Positions 18,321-29,249 of a stretch of 40,058 nucleotides of DNA are shown piece by piece; the first letter of the stretch is position 1, and each line of letters starts with the position of its first letter. A model generated the notes under the pieces. The model ran no database searches and was not told where the DNA came from. It saw only the letters and a list, made by a program, of their open reading frames with translations. Position numbers and translations under genes: made by a program. Origin of the DNA: Shigella phage VB_Ship_A7; the sequence record MK685668, one strand, 5' to 3'.

Positions 18321-19220
18321 TTAGAACTGACTGTACATCATCTTGCGCTCGACTTCCGCACGGAACTTACTGTCGTGACGATAGAGAGGGTCGGACATTG
18401 CAGCAATCATCTCAGCCTGTGACTCAAAGCCAGACTGTTTGGTGCGTACAGGTGCAGCAGGTACGGCACGTTTAGAGATACTACGGGCAGCAGGTTTACC
18501 GAAAGTCTTCGCACGGCTTGCACCAGCGAGATTAACGATAGCCTTAACTGTTGCGAGGTCACGATTCTCCAAGGCACTAATCAGAGACTCGGCAGCATCC
18601 GGGTTGGACACTTCGAGGTGATTGTAGATTGCTTGGAACTGTGCTTCACCACCAGCATACTCCATAACGGACTGAACATACTGTTCTACCAGAGCTTCCT
18701 GACCACGGATGTAGGAGTCAACGAAGGACTTAGAGTAACCAGCTTTAGCCAGTTCTTCATAGGACTCTTCGGACAGACCATCTTCGCCATATTCCTGTTG
18801 GATTCGGACAATGGTTTCTTCTGACAGACCACGTTCGGCAGCCTGAGTGACCATCTCTTCGAACCCTGCTTCGTGCTCTTCGAGTTGACTTGAGGCTTCA
18901 TTCAGTTCATCTGGAACGTCACCAACTGGTTCAAACTCTTCGGAGCCTTCTTCATAGTCAATTTCACCTTCTTCGGTTACTTCAGGTTCACCCTCAGTGG
19001 AGATACGAATCTCAGTGCGGTCTTCGTCCTCTTCACCAAACGGGTCATTACTACCATAAGGGTCGTCACTGTGTGCTAACTCAATGGAGTCATCGCCATC
19101 ACGGGCAGCAACATCAAGTTCAAGCATTGCCTGTTCGTGGTCAGTCGGAGTAGACCCGCCAACAACCGCAGAGTTCACACCGAAAGATGCGTAAACGTCA
19201 GCATTAGATTCACCAGCCAT
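18321..19220 (-). CDS. 9: Capsid assembly (scaffolding) protein
   Basis: 299 aa, highly acidic, starts MAGESNADVYASFGVNSAV as recalled for T7 gp9 (307 aa). Confidence 0.93.
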   Translation of the reverse strand: MAGESNADVYASFGVNSAVVGGSTPTDHEQAMLELDVAARDGDDSIELAHSDDPYGSNDPFGEEDEDRTEIRISTEGEPEVTEEGEIDYEEGSEEFEPVGDVPDELNEASSQLEEHEAGFEEMVTQAAERGLSEETIVRIQQEYGEDGLSEESYEELAKAGYSKSFVDSYIRGQEALVEQYVQSVMEYAGGEAQFQAIYNHLEVSNPDAAESLISALENRDLATVKAIVNLAGASRAKTFGKPAARSISKRAVPAAPVRTKQSGFESQAEMIAAMSDPLYRHDSKFRAEVERKMMYSQF

Positions 19221-19264
19221 ATTTGTATCTCCTTTGATAATGAAATTTAGAACTCAAAGGGAGG

Positions 19265-19287
19265 ACTGTTTGTCTCTCCCATTAGTG
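19265..19287 (-). promoter_or_regulatory. T7-type phage promoter (phi9 position)
   Basis: Minus strand reads TAATACGACTCACTAATGGGAGA. Confidence 0.8.
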
Positions 19288-19294
19288 AGTCGTA

Positions 19295-20902
19295 TTAATT
19301 TGGAACCATACCTGCCTGTTCAGCAGCAGCTTGCATGTTCTCAGGACTTGCTGTAGCGAGAGAACCAGCACCAGCACCAGCAGACGCAGCAGCGTTCTCC
19401 ATAGCCGTGCTTTGTGCAGCCTCAGCCATCTCCTGTTGTTTCTCTTCAGGTGTCTTAAGGATGCCAGAAGTGTCAATGCCGATAGCGTTCGCAATGCGCA
19501 ACTTAATGGTCGCAATGTTGATGTCCGGGTCTTGCTGCATAGGAGCCAGAGCGGACCATGCGGCGATACAACGTTCCAGCTTATCAAGGTCTTGACCGCG
19601 ACCCAATGCTTCCATCCCGGTACTGATAGTTGGCTCAACGGCCTCTTTCGGTAACTCAGGAATCTGCTCGGTTGCTTGAAGTTGTTTCAGCAGGACACGG
19701 ACCATAGGCAACTGAAGTTCCTGTGAGAGAATCGAATAGACACCACCAAGGGTATCTTCGAGTTCAGATGCAACATAACGAATCTCTTCGGCAGTCACAC
19801 GCTCACCAGTACGCTGTACCGCAGAGTTCAACATAAAGGCATAGGAAAGTCGACCTTCAATCTGTTCACTCACAGCTTTCGCTACAGAGAAGTCAGCAGC
19901 CTTTTCCAACTGAAGGAACGAGATGTCTTCTGGACGACCAGACACGAAGTCACCAGTCTGTGCTTTGGTCAAACGACGAACCTGTGTGATACCAGCCGGG
20001 TTAACCAAGCCGATAACCTTTGCACTAATCATTGACATCTTAACGATAGCTTCTTGGAGGTTCTCAAGGGACCGTAAGTCACCTAAGTATTCCTCACAGT
20101 AAGAACGACCATATGACTCTCCGTCAATACGCACCATGCGAACCGGGATATACGGACAAGCGTCCACCGGATAAGAAGCATCTGTGCCATCAACTTCAAC
20201 GCCATCAATCTCTTCGTACTTGAGGTACTCACCAGATTCTTCGTCAAGATAAATGTGTGTGTACACATCAATCATTTCGTCGCCTTTATGTTCCTGACCG
20301 GAGTCCATAGAGTTTCTTACGTCTTCGGGTAGTGCTGCATAAGCAGTCTTATCCAAAGTCACAATCTGTAGTACCGTGCCGAATGCGTCTCGTTGGACAA
20401 CATAAGAAGACAGGCGGTATAACTTCATGGGATTGTAAGCACCTTCAGGCTCAGGAATGTAGAGTAGAGCGTTACCTGCAACGACTAACTGCTTGAGGGT
20501 CTCAAAGAGTGTCACACGGTACGAGTTGGACTCGATGTAGTTCATCAAGATTCGCTCGACCATTGAGAGTCCTTCTTCGACCTTCGCTAGTTCGGCTGGT
20601 TGTTTAACCAATTGTTTCGCTTCGAACTCAGAGATGGTTAGCTTCATCCACGTCTGCATAGGGAACAGAGCGAGCATGAGCTTAGAGGCCAAGTTGTTCA
20701 AGCCACGAGCACCAACTGCTTGCCACGGAGTGGTATAGTCAGTAGAGGCGTTGTCGGAGTCTTTAGGGAACAACGAAGGGATGGTGTACTTCGCACAGTT
20801 TTCCGCACGGGTCTCATAGGAGTTCCGGTCGTTCTTCAATGAGTCATACACCGCCTTGGCACCATTCTCCGCGAAGCCTTCACGTTTCTGTGAGCTTGCC
20901 AT
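19295..20902 (-). CDS. 8: Head-to-tail connector (portal) protein
   Basis: 535 aa (T7 gp8 is 536 aa); ATG at 20902 with GGAGG SD; synteny. Confidence 0.95.
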   Translation of the reverse strand: MASSQKREGFAENGAKAVYDSLKNDRNSYETRAENCAKYTIPSLFPKDSDNASTDYTTPWQAVGARGLNNLASKLMLALFPMQTWMKLTISEFEAKQLVKQPAELAKVEEGLSMVERILMNYIESNSYRVTLFETLKQLVVAGNALLYIPEPEGAYNPMKLYRLSSYVVQRDAFGTVLQIVTLDKTAYAALPEDVRNSMDSGQEHKGDEMIDVYTHIYLDEESGEYLKYEEIDGVEVDGTDASYPVDACPYIPVRMVRIDGESYGRSYCEEYLGDLRSLENLQEAIVKMSMISAKVIGLVNPAGITQVRRLTKAQTGDFVSGRPEDISFLQLEKAADFSVAKAVSEQIEGRLSYAFMLNSAVQRTGERVTAEEIRYVASELEDTLGGVYSILSQELQLPMVRVLLKQLQATEQIPELPKEAVEPTISTGMEALGRGQDLDKLERCIAAWSALAPMQQDPDINIATIKLRIANAIGIDTSGILKTPEEKQQEMAEAAQSTAMENAAASAGAGAGSLATASPENMQAAAEQAGMVPN

Positions 20903-20915
20903 AGTGCCTCCTTAA

Positions 20916-21218
20916 TTAGATATTCAGACCACCGCCAGAACTGCGAGCGACACTCAGGGATTTCTTACCACCCGAACGTGCTTTCTTCTTGCCAGATTCG
21001 GTTTGTGCCTCATCATCAGTATCCACTTCGTCTTTACTTGGCGGCTCGATAATCTGTGCGGCAACAGGAGCAGCCACTGGAGCAGCTTGTTCCACAACCT
21101 TAACATCTGGTTCACCGCCTCCAGCTAACGCACCCACAGTCCCCTTAACAGCCTTCTCTACTGGCTTAGTGATTTTACGAACAGTCTTCTTAACTACCTT
21201 CTTAATCTTCTTACCCAT
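20916..21218 (-). CDS. 7.3: Lys-rich small virion/tail protein (T7 gp7.3-like)
   Basis: 100 aa; N-terminus MGKKIKKVVKK, C-terminus KKSLSVARSSGGGLNI, matching recalled T7 gp7.3 (99 aa). Sits directly upstream of gene 8, so there is no gene 7.7 equivalent. Confidence 0.7.
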   Translation of the reverse strand: MGKKIKKVVKKTVRKITKPVEKAVKGTVGALAGGGEPDVKVVEQAAPVAAPVAAQIIEPPSKDEVDTDDEAQTESGKKKARSGGKKSLSVARSSGGGLNI

Positions 21219-21220
21219 GA

Positions 21221-21607
21221 TTATACCCTCTTGAATACGTTTCGAATTGACCCATCGTGTTCATGCACACAACGGGAGACCCACTGGCAACCTCTACGAG
21301 TCGCCTCAGCTAACACCCAGCGCCAGACCCAAGGTGCATACCCAGAGCGTGGCTTAAGGACGATATTGGTTATGTCCAATATGTCACCCTTATGGTGTAT
21401 GTCGTTGCTGATACAGAGCGCTACATAAGCCACAGGATAACCATTGGCGTTCTTAAAGTAGAACTCTTCGTACCCAGCGTCATCCATAAGCCCATCCACG
21501 TAGTCAGCGTACTCGCTTAACGTAGTGAACCCTTCTGGCAACCCTAAGTGCGCCACAGTCCAGACAATAGCTGCCGCACGTTCTGTGCACTTATGTGCTG
21601 TTATCAT
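21221..21607 (-). CDS. Hypothetical protein at the T7 gene 7 position
   Basis: 128-aa ORF between the 6.7 and 7.3 homologs (T7 gp7 is 133 aa); assigned by position only. Confidence 0.5.
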   Translation of the reverse strand: MITAHKCTERAAAIVWTVAHLGLPEGFTTLSEYADYVDGLMDDAGYEEFYFKNANGYPVAYVALCISNDIHHKGDILDITNIVLKPRSGYAPWVWRWVLAEATRRGCQWVSRCVHEHDGSIRNVFKRV

Positions 21608-21625
21608 TTACCGAACTCCTCCTAG

Positions 21626-21904
21626 TCATTTCTTCTTAAAGACACTGGTACGAATACCAGACTTGGACTTATTCTTAGCCGAATTATCAGCCTTCTTGGA
21701 TTTCTCAACGGAGTCATCCAGTTTCACCTTCAGTGACTTCTTGCCACCAGTTGGCACCTCAGAAGAGGTTCCGGTGTCCTTCTCGGTATCATCGTCTCCA
21801 CCAAAGAGGATGCCTTTCGGTTCCTCAGTAAGTGGTGCAGGGTCTACCGCACGGACTTGGTTTGTATCCACTTTAGGTGTCTTAATCTTTGGTGAAAAGC
21901 ACAT
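21626..21904 (-). CDS. 6.7: Small ejected virion protein (T7 gp6.7-like)
   Basis: 92 aa starting MCFSPKIKTPK, hydrophilic and K-rich; position after gene 6.5. Confidence 0.7.
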   Translation of the reverse strand: MCFSPKIKTPKVDTNQVRAVDPAPLTEEPKGILFGGDDDTEKDTGTSSEVPTGGKKSLKVKLDDSVEKSKKADNSAKNKSKSGIRTSVFKKK

Positions 21905-21913
21905 AAGACCTCC

Positions 21914-22159
21914 TTACGAATCTGCCTGTTCCTTACGGATTGCCTCCATGTCGTCTAAGGTTTGAGACGCATAGTTGAGACCCGCGAGGAACCCAGCGAT
22001 GTAGCTTTCAGACCACCCAGCCTGTTTCAATCGGTTGACTAGACCAGACTGCATAGCATATCCAGCGTTATATTGAACCTGAAGGTACTCCATAGTTGCA
22101 CGAGGCACATCAGGAATATCTTGTGGGTTCTCCATGTACTTCTTAATAGGGGTTAACAT
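21914..22159 (-). CDS. 6.5: T7 gp6.5-like protein
   Basis: 81 aa starting MLTPIKKYMENPQDIPDVPRATMEYLQV; first gene after the phi6.5-type promoter. Confidence 0.7.
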   Translation of the reverse strand: MLTPIKKYMENPQDIPDVPRATMEYLQVQYNAGYAMQSGLVNRLKQAGWSESYIAGFLAGLNYASQTLDDMEAIRKEQADS

Positions 22160-22211
22160 AATTAATGTTCTCCTTAAAGTTAGAACTTAAAGTAGGTATC
22201 ATATAGGCACC

Positions 22212-22234
22212 CCTCTCAATAGTGAGTCGTATTA
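22212..22234 (-). promoter_or_regulatory. T7-type phage promoter (phi6.5 position)
   Basis: Minus strand reads TAATACGACTCACTATTGAGAGG; the leader contains ACTTTAAG motifs and AAGGAGA. Confidence 0.8.
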
Positions 22235-22262
22235 ATTTCACTGTAGAGAAGAATGCCTAGAG

Positions 22263-22349
22263 TTACACACTCTTAGCTGTAAACGCGGCCCACACCATAG
22301 AGAAGGATACGACTGTGAACATCACGAGCGCAACTGTTCCGGCGACCAT
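22263..22349 (-). CDS. Mini-ORF, 28-aa hydrophobic peptide (T7 gene 6.3 position)
   Basis: ATG at 22349 with AAGGAGA 7 nt upstream, overlapping the last codons of gene 6; hand translation MVAGTVALVMFTVVSFSMVWAAFTAKSV. T7 gp6.3 is 37 aa. Confidence 0.45.
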   Translation of the reverse strand: MVAGTVALVMFTVVSFSMVWAAFTAKSV

Positions 22350-23236
22350 AGGTAAATCTCCTTGTCGATAAAGTTGTACTCTTCGAAACGAAGGATGCGA
22401 GCCATCTGGCCCTGCTTAATGATTTCCTGCTCGGTCATCCCAGCTTTCGCGCCAAGTGTCACAATCGCTTCCCACAAGGTTCGGTCTCCCATGTCAACCT
22501 TCTTCCATTCGAGGACTGTCTGACCCTTACGGGCACCAGACTTGAAAGTTTTCTCAACCTGTTCAAAGGCATACGGGTTCTCCAGCCACTCAGCGGTAGT
22601 CTCGCCCCAGCCCGGAATGCCACCATAGCCATCTGTCAAGTCACCTTTAATGGTCTGATAGATGTGCCAGTAGTCGGCAGTCGTCTGGTCTTGAGTCAAG
22701 ATGTTACCAGTAGTGCACCACAAGAAGTCACAATCAGGGATGGTCTTAAAGTCCTTATCACAGGAGACCAGCACAGCCTTCTTGAAACCAAAATGTTTAG
22801 CACCAGACCCAATGATTCCCATTACGTCATCACCCTCTAAGCGAGGCTCAAGGATAGACGTCCAGTCCTCACAGGCTTGAACACGCTCGACGAACGCACG
22901 GTAGCCTACAGGCTTACGGGATGCCTTACGGTTCTCCTTGTAGGTTGGGTCCACCAGTTCCTTACGCCAGTTCACAGAGTCAGTGAAGGCCAACACGATG
23001 GGTGCATCACGCCAAGCCTTCTTACGGCTCGCATAGGACTTGATAGAGTCAACCAGAATGTTCCATGCTTTCCCGTGGTCACACTCTAAGGTCCACACAT
23101 CATCTCCCCAATCGGTCTCTACTTCGCTTGCAGCCATCGACTGGAATACCAGCCAGTCACCATCCATTACGAGAACACCCTTATCGGATTTACCTTGGCG
23201 AATCTCATAGAACTCCTTCAGTGTAAGAGCGCTCAT
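22322..23236 (-). CDS. 6: 5'-3' exonuclease
   Basis: Internal ATG at 23236 with GGGAGG SD gives 304 aa starting MSALTLKEFYEIRQGKSDKGVLVMDGDWLVFQ (T7 gp6 is 300 aa); ATGA overlap with the preceding gene. Confidence 0.95.
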   Translation of the reverse strand: MSALTLKEFYEIRQGKSDKGVLVMDGDWLVFQSMAASEVETDWGDDVWTLECDHGKAWNILVDSIKSYASRKKAWRDAPIVLAFTDSVNWRKELVDPTYKENRKASRKPVGYRAFVERVQACEDWTSILEPRLEGDDVMGIIGSGAKHFGFKKAVLVSCDKDFKTIPDCDFLWCTTGNILTQDQTTADYWHIYQTIKGDLTDGYGGIPGWGETTAEWLENPYAFEQVEKTFKSGARKGQTVLEWKKVDMGDRTLWEAIVTLGAKAGMTEQEIIKQGQMARILRFEEYNFIDKEIYLWSPEQLRS

Positions 23237-23442
23237 ACACAACCTCCCATCTTCTTCAGGAAACGGACACCAGAACCTGTTACTTCCCAAGCGCCAGCAT
23301 TACGCCCATCGACTGATAGGCAAGAGATATGGCCACGACTCGCAGCCTCAGCCACAAGTGACGCATTGTTGCGCACATAGTTAGACTGAAAGGTCTTAGG
23401 GCAGCTTTTGATAGCCGCCAGTACACGTAGATAATCACCCAT
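23233..23442 (-). CDS. 5.7: T7 gp5.7-like protein
   Basis: 69 aa, MGDYLRVLAAIKSCPKTFQSNYVRNNASLVAEAASRGHISCL, matches recalled T7 gp5.7 (69 aa). Confidence 0.75.
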   Translation of the reverse strand: MGDYLRVLAAIKSCPKTFQSNYVRNNASLVAEAASRGHISCLSVDGRNAGAWEVTGSGVRFLKKMGGCV

Positions 23443-23744
23443 TACTTCACCTCACGAATAGTTGCTGGGGAGAATCGCATGAGCTTTCTCTCGGTTGAAC
23501 TCATTTCGCTGTGGCCCTCCCTAATAAAATTGCGAAGAGCCTGCTTGATACAGAATGTGGCAGCACCTTCTGGACCATAGGTTAGACCCTGAACTAGCAA
23601 CTCCCGTTTAAACGGGTTAAGTTCCTCACCAGTGGCAGCTTTCTTAGCGATGTCTACGAGTACATCATTCAGGTTGTTCTCAGACTCGCTATCGATTACA
23701 GCAGTAACTTCGAATGATACTTTAAAACGTTTAGTAATAGCCAT
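23442..23744 (-). CDS. 5.5: T7 gp5.5-like protein (H-NS-binding early/middle protein)
   Basis: 100 aa starting MAITKRFKVSFEVTA (T7 gp5.5 is 99 aa); synteny after DNA polymerase. Confidence 0.75.
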   Translation of the reverse strand: MAITKRFKVSFEVTAVIDSESENNLNDVLVDIAKKAATGEELNPFKRELLVQGLTYGPEGAATFCIKQALRNFIREGHSEMSSTERKLMRFSPATIREVK

Positions 23745-23755
23745 GATATTTCTCC

Positions 23756-23983
23756 TTAAAGATAGTGATTCTTGACAACCTGTTTTACTTCAGGTTCATC
23801 ATTTGATTTAGACTCGTTGACGAACTCAAGTGCCTCGCTGTAATAAGTGAATGACACCTTACGTTCTTCCGGGTAGTCCTTAAAGTGGCACCAGAACGGG
23901 AACCACTCATGACAGAACTGCGGGTAATATAAAGTCTCACCTGTAGTCATTCTGACTTCTCGAATCCTGTATCGCCATGCCAT
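23756..23983 (-). CDS. Hypothetical 75-aa protein with C-H-x5-C-H motif (occupies the T7 gene 5.3 slot)
   Basis: ATG at 23983 with GGAGG SD; sequence ...YYPQFCHEWFPFWCHFKDY...; no resemblance to T7 gp5.3 that I can recognise. Confidence 0.6.
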   Translation of the reverse strand: MAWRYRIREVRMTTGETLYYPQFCHEWFPFWCHFKDYPEERKVSFTYYSEALEFVNESKSNDEPEVKQVVKNHYL

Positions 23984-23996
23984 AAGTGGCCTCCTA

Positions 23997-26111
23997 TTAG
24001 TGACAATCTTTCCAGTTAGCGCCAGTCTTACCTTCGGTATCTAACTGACATCTAAAGTTAAAGTGGTCTCCAACATTGCGCATTGCTTGCTGTGCCAACT
24101 CGACAATCTTATCTGCAATCTCTTGAGTACGTGCAGCTACCTGAATCTCATCGTGGACCCAAGCCATGTACGCAAAGTCACCATCCCAGCCATGCTTAAG
24201 GCCAGCTTCCAGCAACAGACGTTCAGTCTCAACAATCCACAGTTTACAAATCAGAGCACCAGCAGACTGCAACAAGGTGTTCAACGCAGCGTGAGGACTA
24301 CGGACGTGTACTTTACGACCATCCAAGCCTCGAACCCAACGGCGTTTCCAAGTTACTTTCTGTTCACCACCAACCCACTTAGAGTCCTTGACGAGTGTCC
24401 CTGTGATTGCTTCACGTAACGCAGCGATAGCCGGAGTTTGCTCAAGGAAGTTCTTGATGAGTCGCTTACCATCTTCGGCAGTACCACCAATAATCTGTCC
24501 AATCTTCGCAGCACCAGCACCATAGAGGAACCCATAGATAAACGTCTTAGCGTTATCACGAGTAGGCAGACCAGCAGCCAATTGGTTCTTCGTATGGATG
24601 TCACCAGTGAGGATAGTCTCAACGTACTCACCCTCATCATAACGATACATGAAGTGGCCCAAGCAACGTAGCTCAAGGCCGGACGCATCCACACCAACTT
24701 GAATCCAAGGGTCTGGCTTACCGTCTTTCAGGTTATGCTCGGCACCGAAAGCAGCACGACAAGGTTCACCATATGCAGCACGGATTGAAGGCACCTGTGC
24801 CACGTTAGGGAAGCTATGAGTTGCACGACCAGTTACCGCACCGTTCGGGTTAACGCTTCCGTGAATACGTCCATCGTCTCCAATCATTCGGAGCCAGCCG
24901 TTATCACCTTCAGCAACCTGACCGATACGCTTCTGAATCATAAGGTATTCTTTAATCAACTCAATGCAACGCTGTGCGTCAGGGTCGTCTACCTTAACGT
25001 GCTCTAAGACCTCATCGTCTACCTTTGGTGCACCACTAGGAGTGAACTCAACTGGCACCCAGCCAGCTTTGGTAAGCACACGAGTGATGTGGTCACGACT
25101 GGCAGGGTTAAACACAACGTGCTCTACAGGCGTATATGGTGCGCCCTCTACATAATCACGAGTGTCCAGTTCACAAGGTTCCAGACCTTCACGTTGCTTC
25201 TTGTTCTTCGGCTTCTTAAAGATGCCGCCCTGTTTCGGATACTTCACACGAGGGTACTTAGTGAGAGGCTTGCCAGTTCTCGGATGACGGAATGCTTCAA
25301 CGCCACCCTTGGCCTGATACCATGAGCCGAAAGTGTTGGTCAGTTCGACCAGCAGTTCACCACGGCGACCAGCCAGTTCAGCGTAGAGATTCTCTAAGGA
25401 CTTGATGTCAATAGGAAAACCGTTACGTTCCATCTTAGCTAACAACCATGCAGCATCATGTTCCAGTTTGACAGCCTCAATGCTACCATTCCAGAAACGG
25501 TCTGCTTCTGTGCTTCCAGCGGGTGTCTCGTTAGGGAAATAGAAAGTGTTACTACACAGTTTCTCAAAGAGTGCCTTGGTGACTACAACGTCTTGAACGT
25601 TATATTCCATCATGTCTTCGTTGAAGAACAGCCACTCCATCCCGTCTTCGTATTCATCACCAGACTCTTCCAGTGACTTCTTAAAGTCGTCCTTGTACTC
25701 ACCCTTCATTTCACCTAAGCGGTAGCCCCATGCTTCCAGAGCGTGAGACCCAAATCGTTGACCCGGCAGCTTGCCAGCACGGAGCAGACCAGCATCGGTG
25801 TCTTTGATGTTAGAGTAAATCAGTCGGGACATCACTAAGGTGTCCAAGACGTTCTCTTTCGGGAACTTAACGTCACGATTAAGAATCAGCTTTGCCAGCT
25901 TCTCGATAACAGGAACGTCATACTTGTGCCCGTTGTGAAACACAATGAGACCACCACGAGCAACCTCAGCTTCGAGTGCATCAATGTATGCCCCAAAGTC
26001 ATCAGGTCGATAACGGATGTACTGGTCAGTTGTGTAGTCGTAAGTCACCGCACAGTGAAATTGACTAACGTTGTGCAGCAACCCGTTTGTTTCGATGTCG
26101 GATAGTAACAT
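23997..26111 (-). CDS. 5: DNA polymerase (family A, T7 gp5 homolog)
   Basis: 704 aa, same as T7 gp5; conserved blocks HNGHKYDVP, RFGSHALEAWGYRLGEMKGEYKDDFK, AKTFIYGFLYGAG, HDEIQV. Confidence 0.97.
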   Translation of the reverse strand: MLLSDIETNGLLHNVSQFHCAVTYDYTTDQYIRYRPDDFGAYIDALEAEVARGGLIVFHNGHKYDVPVIEKLAKLILNRDVKFPKENVLDTLVMSRLIYSNIKDTDAGLLRAGKLPGQRFGSHALEAWGYRLGEMKGEYKDDFKKSLEESGDEYEDGMEWLFFNEDMMEYNVQDVVVTKALFEKLCSNTFYFPNETPAGSTEADRFWNGSIEAVKLEHDAAWLLAKMERNGFPIDIKSLENLYAELAGRRGELLVELTNTFGSWYQAKGGVEAFRHPRTGKPLTKYPRVKYPKQGGIFKKPKNKKQREGLEPCELDTRDYVEGAPYTPVEHVVFNPASRDHITRVLTKAGWVPVEFTPSGAPKVDDEVLEHVKVDDPDAQRCIELIKEYLMIQKRIGQVAEGDNGWLRMIGDDGRIHGSVNPNGAVTGRATHSFPNVAQVPSIRAAYGEPCRAAFGAEHNLKDGKPDPWIQVGVDASGLELRCLGHFMYRYDEGEYVETILTGDIHTKNQLAAGLPTRDNAKTFIYGFLYGAGAAKIGQIIGGTAEDGKRLIKNFLEQTPAIAALREAITGTLVKDSKWVGGEQKVTWKRRWVRGLDGRKVHVRSPHAALNTLLQSAGALICKLWIVETERLLLEAGLKHGWDGDFAYMAWVHDEIQVAARTQEIADKIVELAQQAMRNVGDHFNFRCQLDTEGKTGANWKDCH

Positions 26112-26123
26112 TGTGTTTACTCC

Positions 26124-26540
26124 TTAAGATGTAGATTTACGGTAGCCCATGAAGTTCTTCGGGTCAATCACACGCAGGTTCTTGTGGTTCATCTTGTGGT
26201 ACTGAATACCAGCGACTGTACCCATTGCGTCAATACGTGTCACACGGGAACACCAAATGTCAGTCCCTTCGACCTTACGGACATACCAAATGTCTGCGTT
26301 GCTGGTGGAGGTACAGAAGTCCCCAACCTTGATGTGGGTCATCTTGTCTGCATCGAAAGTCTGCATACCAACGCTACCACACTTGGCTACTGGTTTGACC
26401 CATTTACCGTACTTGCGGGTCCACCCTAAGTTCTTCAGAATGTGGACAGCGGAGTCACGAGCACATTCATACTCTTTAACGTCTGCCAGTTCTGCTTCCA
26501 GTTTAGCGATTTCAGCTTCGATTACGTTACGATTACGCAT
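26124..26540 (-). CDS. Hypothetical protein at the T7 gene 4.7 position
   Basis: 138 aa (T7 gp4.7 is 135 aa); directly downstream of a phi4.7-type promoter and an RNase III-type hairpin. Confidence 0.55.
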   Translation of the reverse strand: MRNRNVIEAEIAKLEAELADVKEYECARDSAVHILKNLGWTRKYGKWVKPVAKCGSVGMQTFDADKMTHIKVGDFCTSTSNADIWYVRKVEGTDIWCSRVTRIDAMGTVAGIQYHKMNHKNLRVIDPKNFMGYRKSTS

Positions 26541-26549
26541 AGTGTTGGT

Positions 26550-26572
26550 CTCCCATTAGTGAGTTGAATAGA
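26550..26572 (-). promoter_or_regulatory. Divergent T7-type promoter (phi4.7 position)
   Basis: Minus strand reads CTATTCAACTCACTAATGGGAGA; the core -10 to +6 is conserved, the upstream part is divergent. Confidence 0.55.
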
Positions 26573-26577
26573 TTTCA

Positions 26578-26626
26578 TACAAAAGTTAATCACTAAGGCC
26601 ATCCGTTAAGATGACCTTTAGTTTAA
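26578..26626 (-). promoter_or_regulatory. RNase III-type processing hairpin (R4.7 position)
   Basis: Shares the GGCC...GACC(T)TGAGTTTA core with 5 other sites in the window; resembles T7 RNase III sites. Confidence 0.6.
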
Positions 26627-26631
26627 CTCTT

Positions 26632-26934
26632 TTAGATTCCAGACTTCGCAGACAGCACCATGCCCTCTTCGCCAGCCACTTTGGACAGCAGAAGTTCACG
26701 AGTCTTGTCTTCACCTACAGCCACAGTAGCAGCTACAGCAACGGAAGCCAGCAGACGACCTGCCTGTGTGTCATCCAAAGTTACACGCTGTGTGTGCGCC
26801 TTGGTGGACTTATGGTCTTTCCAACGGTAGACCAAAGTGACCTTGCCATTGCGGACATTGATGTGAACTCGACGAGCATACTGGTCGATGGTGTCGGACA
26901 GACGGATAGTGTTACCGGGGAATTTAATAGCCAT
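26632..26934 (-). CDS. Protein at the T7 gene 4.5 position
   Basis: 100 aa, ATG at 26934 with AAGGAG SD; assigned by synteny (T7 gp4.5 is 89 aa). Confidence 0.55.
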   Translation of the reverse strand: MAIKFPGNTIRLSDTIDQYARRVHINVRNGKVTLVYRWKDHKSTKAHTQRVTLDDTQAGRLLASVAVAATVAVGEDKTRELLLSKVAGEEGMVLSAKSGI

Positions 26935-26947
26935 GATGTGTCACTCC

Positions 26948-27160
26948 TTACAGGAAGAATTTGTTGAGGTCGGTTGCTTTAGCTGCAATCTTAGCAGCAG
27001 ACGTTACTCCAGCACTTGCATCTTCAGACAGCAGACGCGCCTGTTTAGCCAAGCGTTGAGCCTGTGCAGCGTCCTTACGTGCCTTGTCGTTAAGACGTTT
27101 AGCTTCACGGAAGTACATTTTAACTACCAGCTTACCAAGAGTATTGATGAATTTAAACAT
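26948..27160 (-). CDS. 4.3: T7 gp4.3-like small protein
   Basis: 70 aa, MFKFINTLGKLVVKMYFREAKRLNDKARKDA, matches recalled T7 gp4.3 (70 aa). Confidence 0.7.
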   Translation of the reverse strand: MFKFINTLGKLVVKMYFREAKRLNDKARKDAAQAQRLAKQARLLSEDASAGVTSAAKIAAKATDLNKFFL

Positions 27161-27203
27161 TGTGATTCTCCTTAAGCGGATTGATAAGTGGGAACAGAGT
27201 GTC

Positions 27204-27223
27204 TGTCCCCTTAGTGAGTTGTA

Positions 27224-27226
<3 letters not shown>
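27204..27226 (-). promoter_or_regulatory. T7-type promoter variant (phi4.3 position)
   Basis: Minus strand reads TAATACAACTCACTAAGGGGACA. Confidence 0.6.
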
Positions 27227-29082
<1,856 letters not shown>

Positions 29083-29134
29083 AGTGATTACTCCTTATAC
29101 AATTTTAGCGAACAAAGGGAGAAACCTTTCGGTC

Positions 29135-29158
29135 CTCCCATAGTGAGTTCTATTAATC
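29135..29158 (-). promoter_or_regulatory. T7-type promoter variant (phi3.8 position)
   Basis: Minus strand reads TAATAGAACTCACTATGGGAGG. Confidence 0.6.
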
Positions 29159-29245
29159 CTTACGTGTCAGAATGTAGACCATTGCCAGCATGAACGCGAG
29201 GCGATAAATCAAATCGTACAGACCCATCTCGTGGATAATCATCAT
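29153..29245 (-). CDS. Mini-ORF, 30-aa hydrophobic peptide downstream of the lysozyme gene
   Basis: ATG ATG at 29245; hand translation MMIIHEMGLYDLIYRLAFMLAMVYILTRKD; no clear SD, possibly translationally coupled to gene 3.5; its stop lies inside the promoter. Confidence 0.3.
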   Translation of the reverse strand: MMIIHEMGLYDLIYRLAFMLAMVYILTRKD

Positions 29246-29249
29246 AATA

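Noticed and set aside
19282-19638. 118-aa minus-strand ORF overlapping the 3' end of the portal gene in another frame
   Set aside because: L/R-rich low-complexity product, no SD, and it runs through the phi9 promoter; the portal reading frame explains the region.
21221-21607. 128-aa protein as an HNH homing endonuclease (T7 7.7-type)
   Set aside because: No HNH or Cys-box motif is visible; it sits between the 6.7 and 7.3 homologs, so it is better treated as a gene 7-position protein of unknown function.
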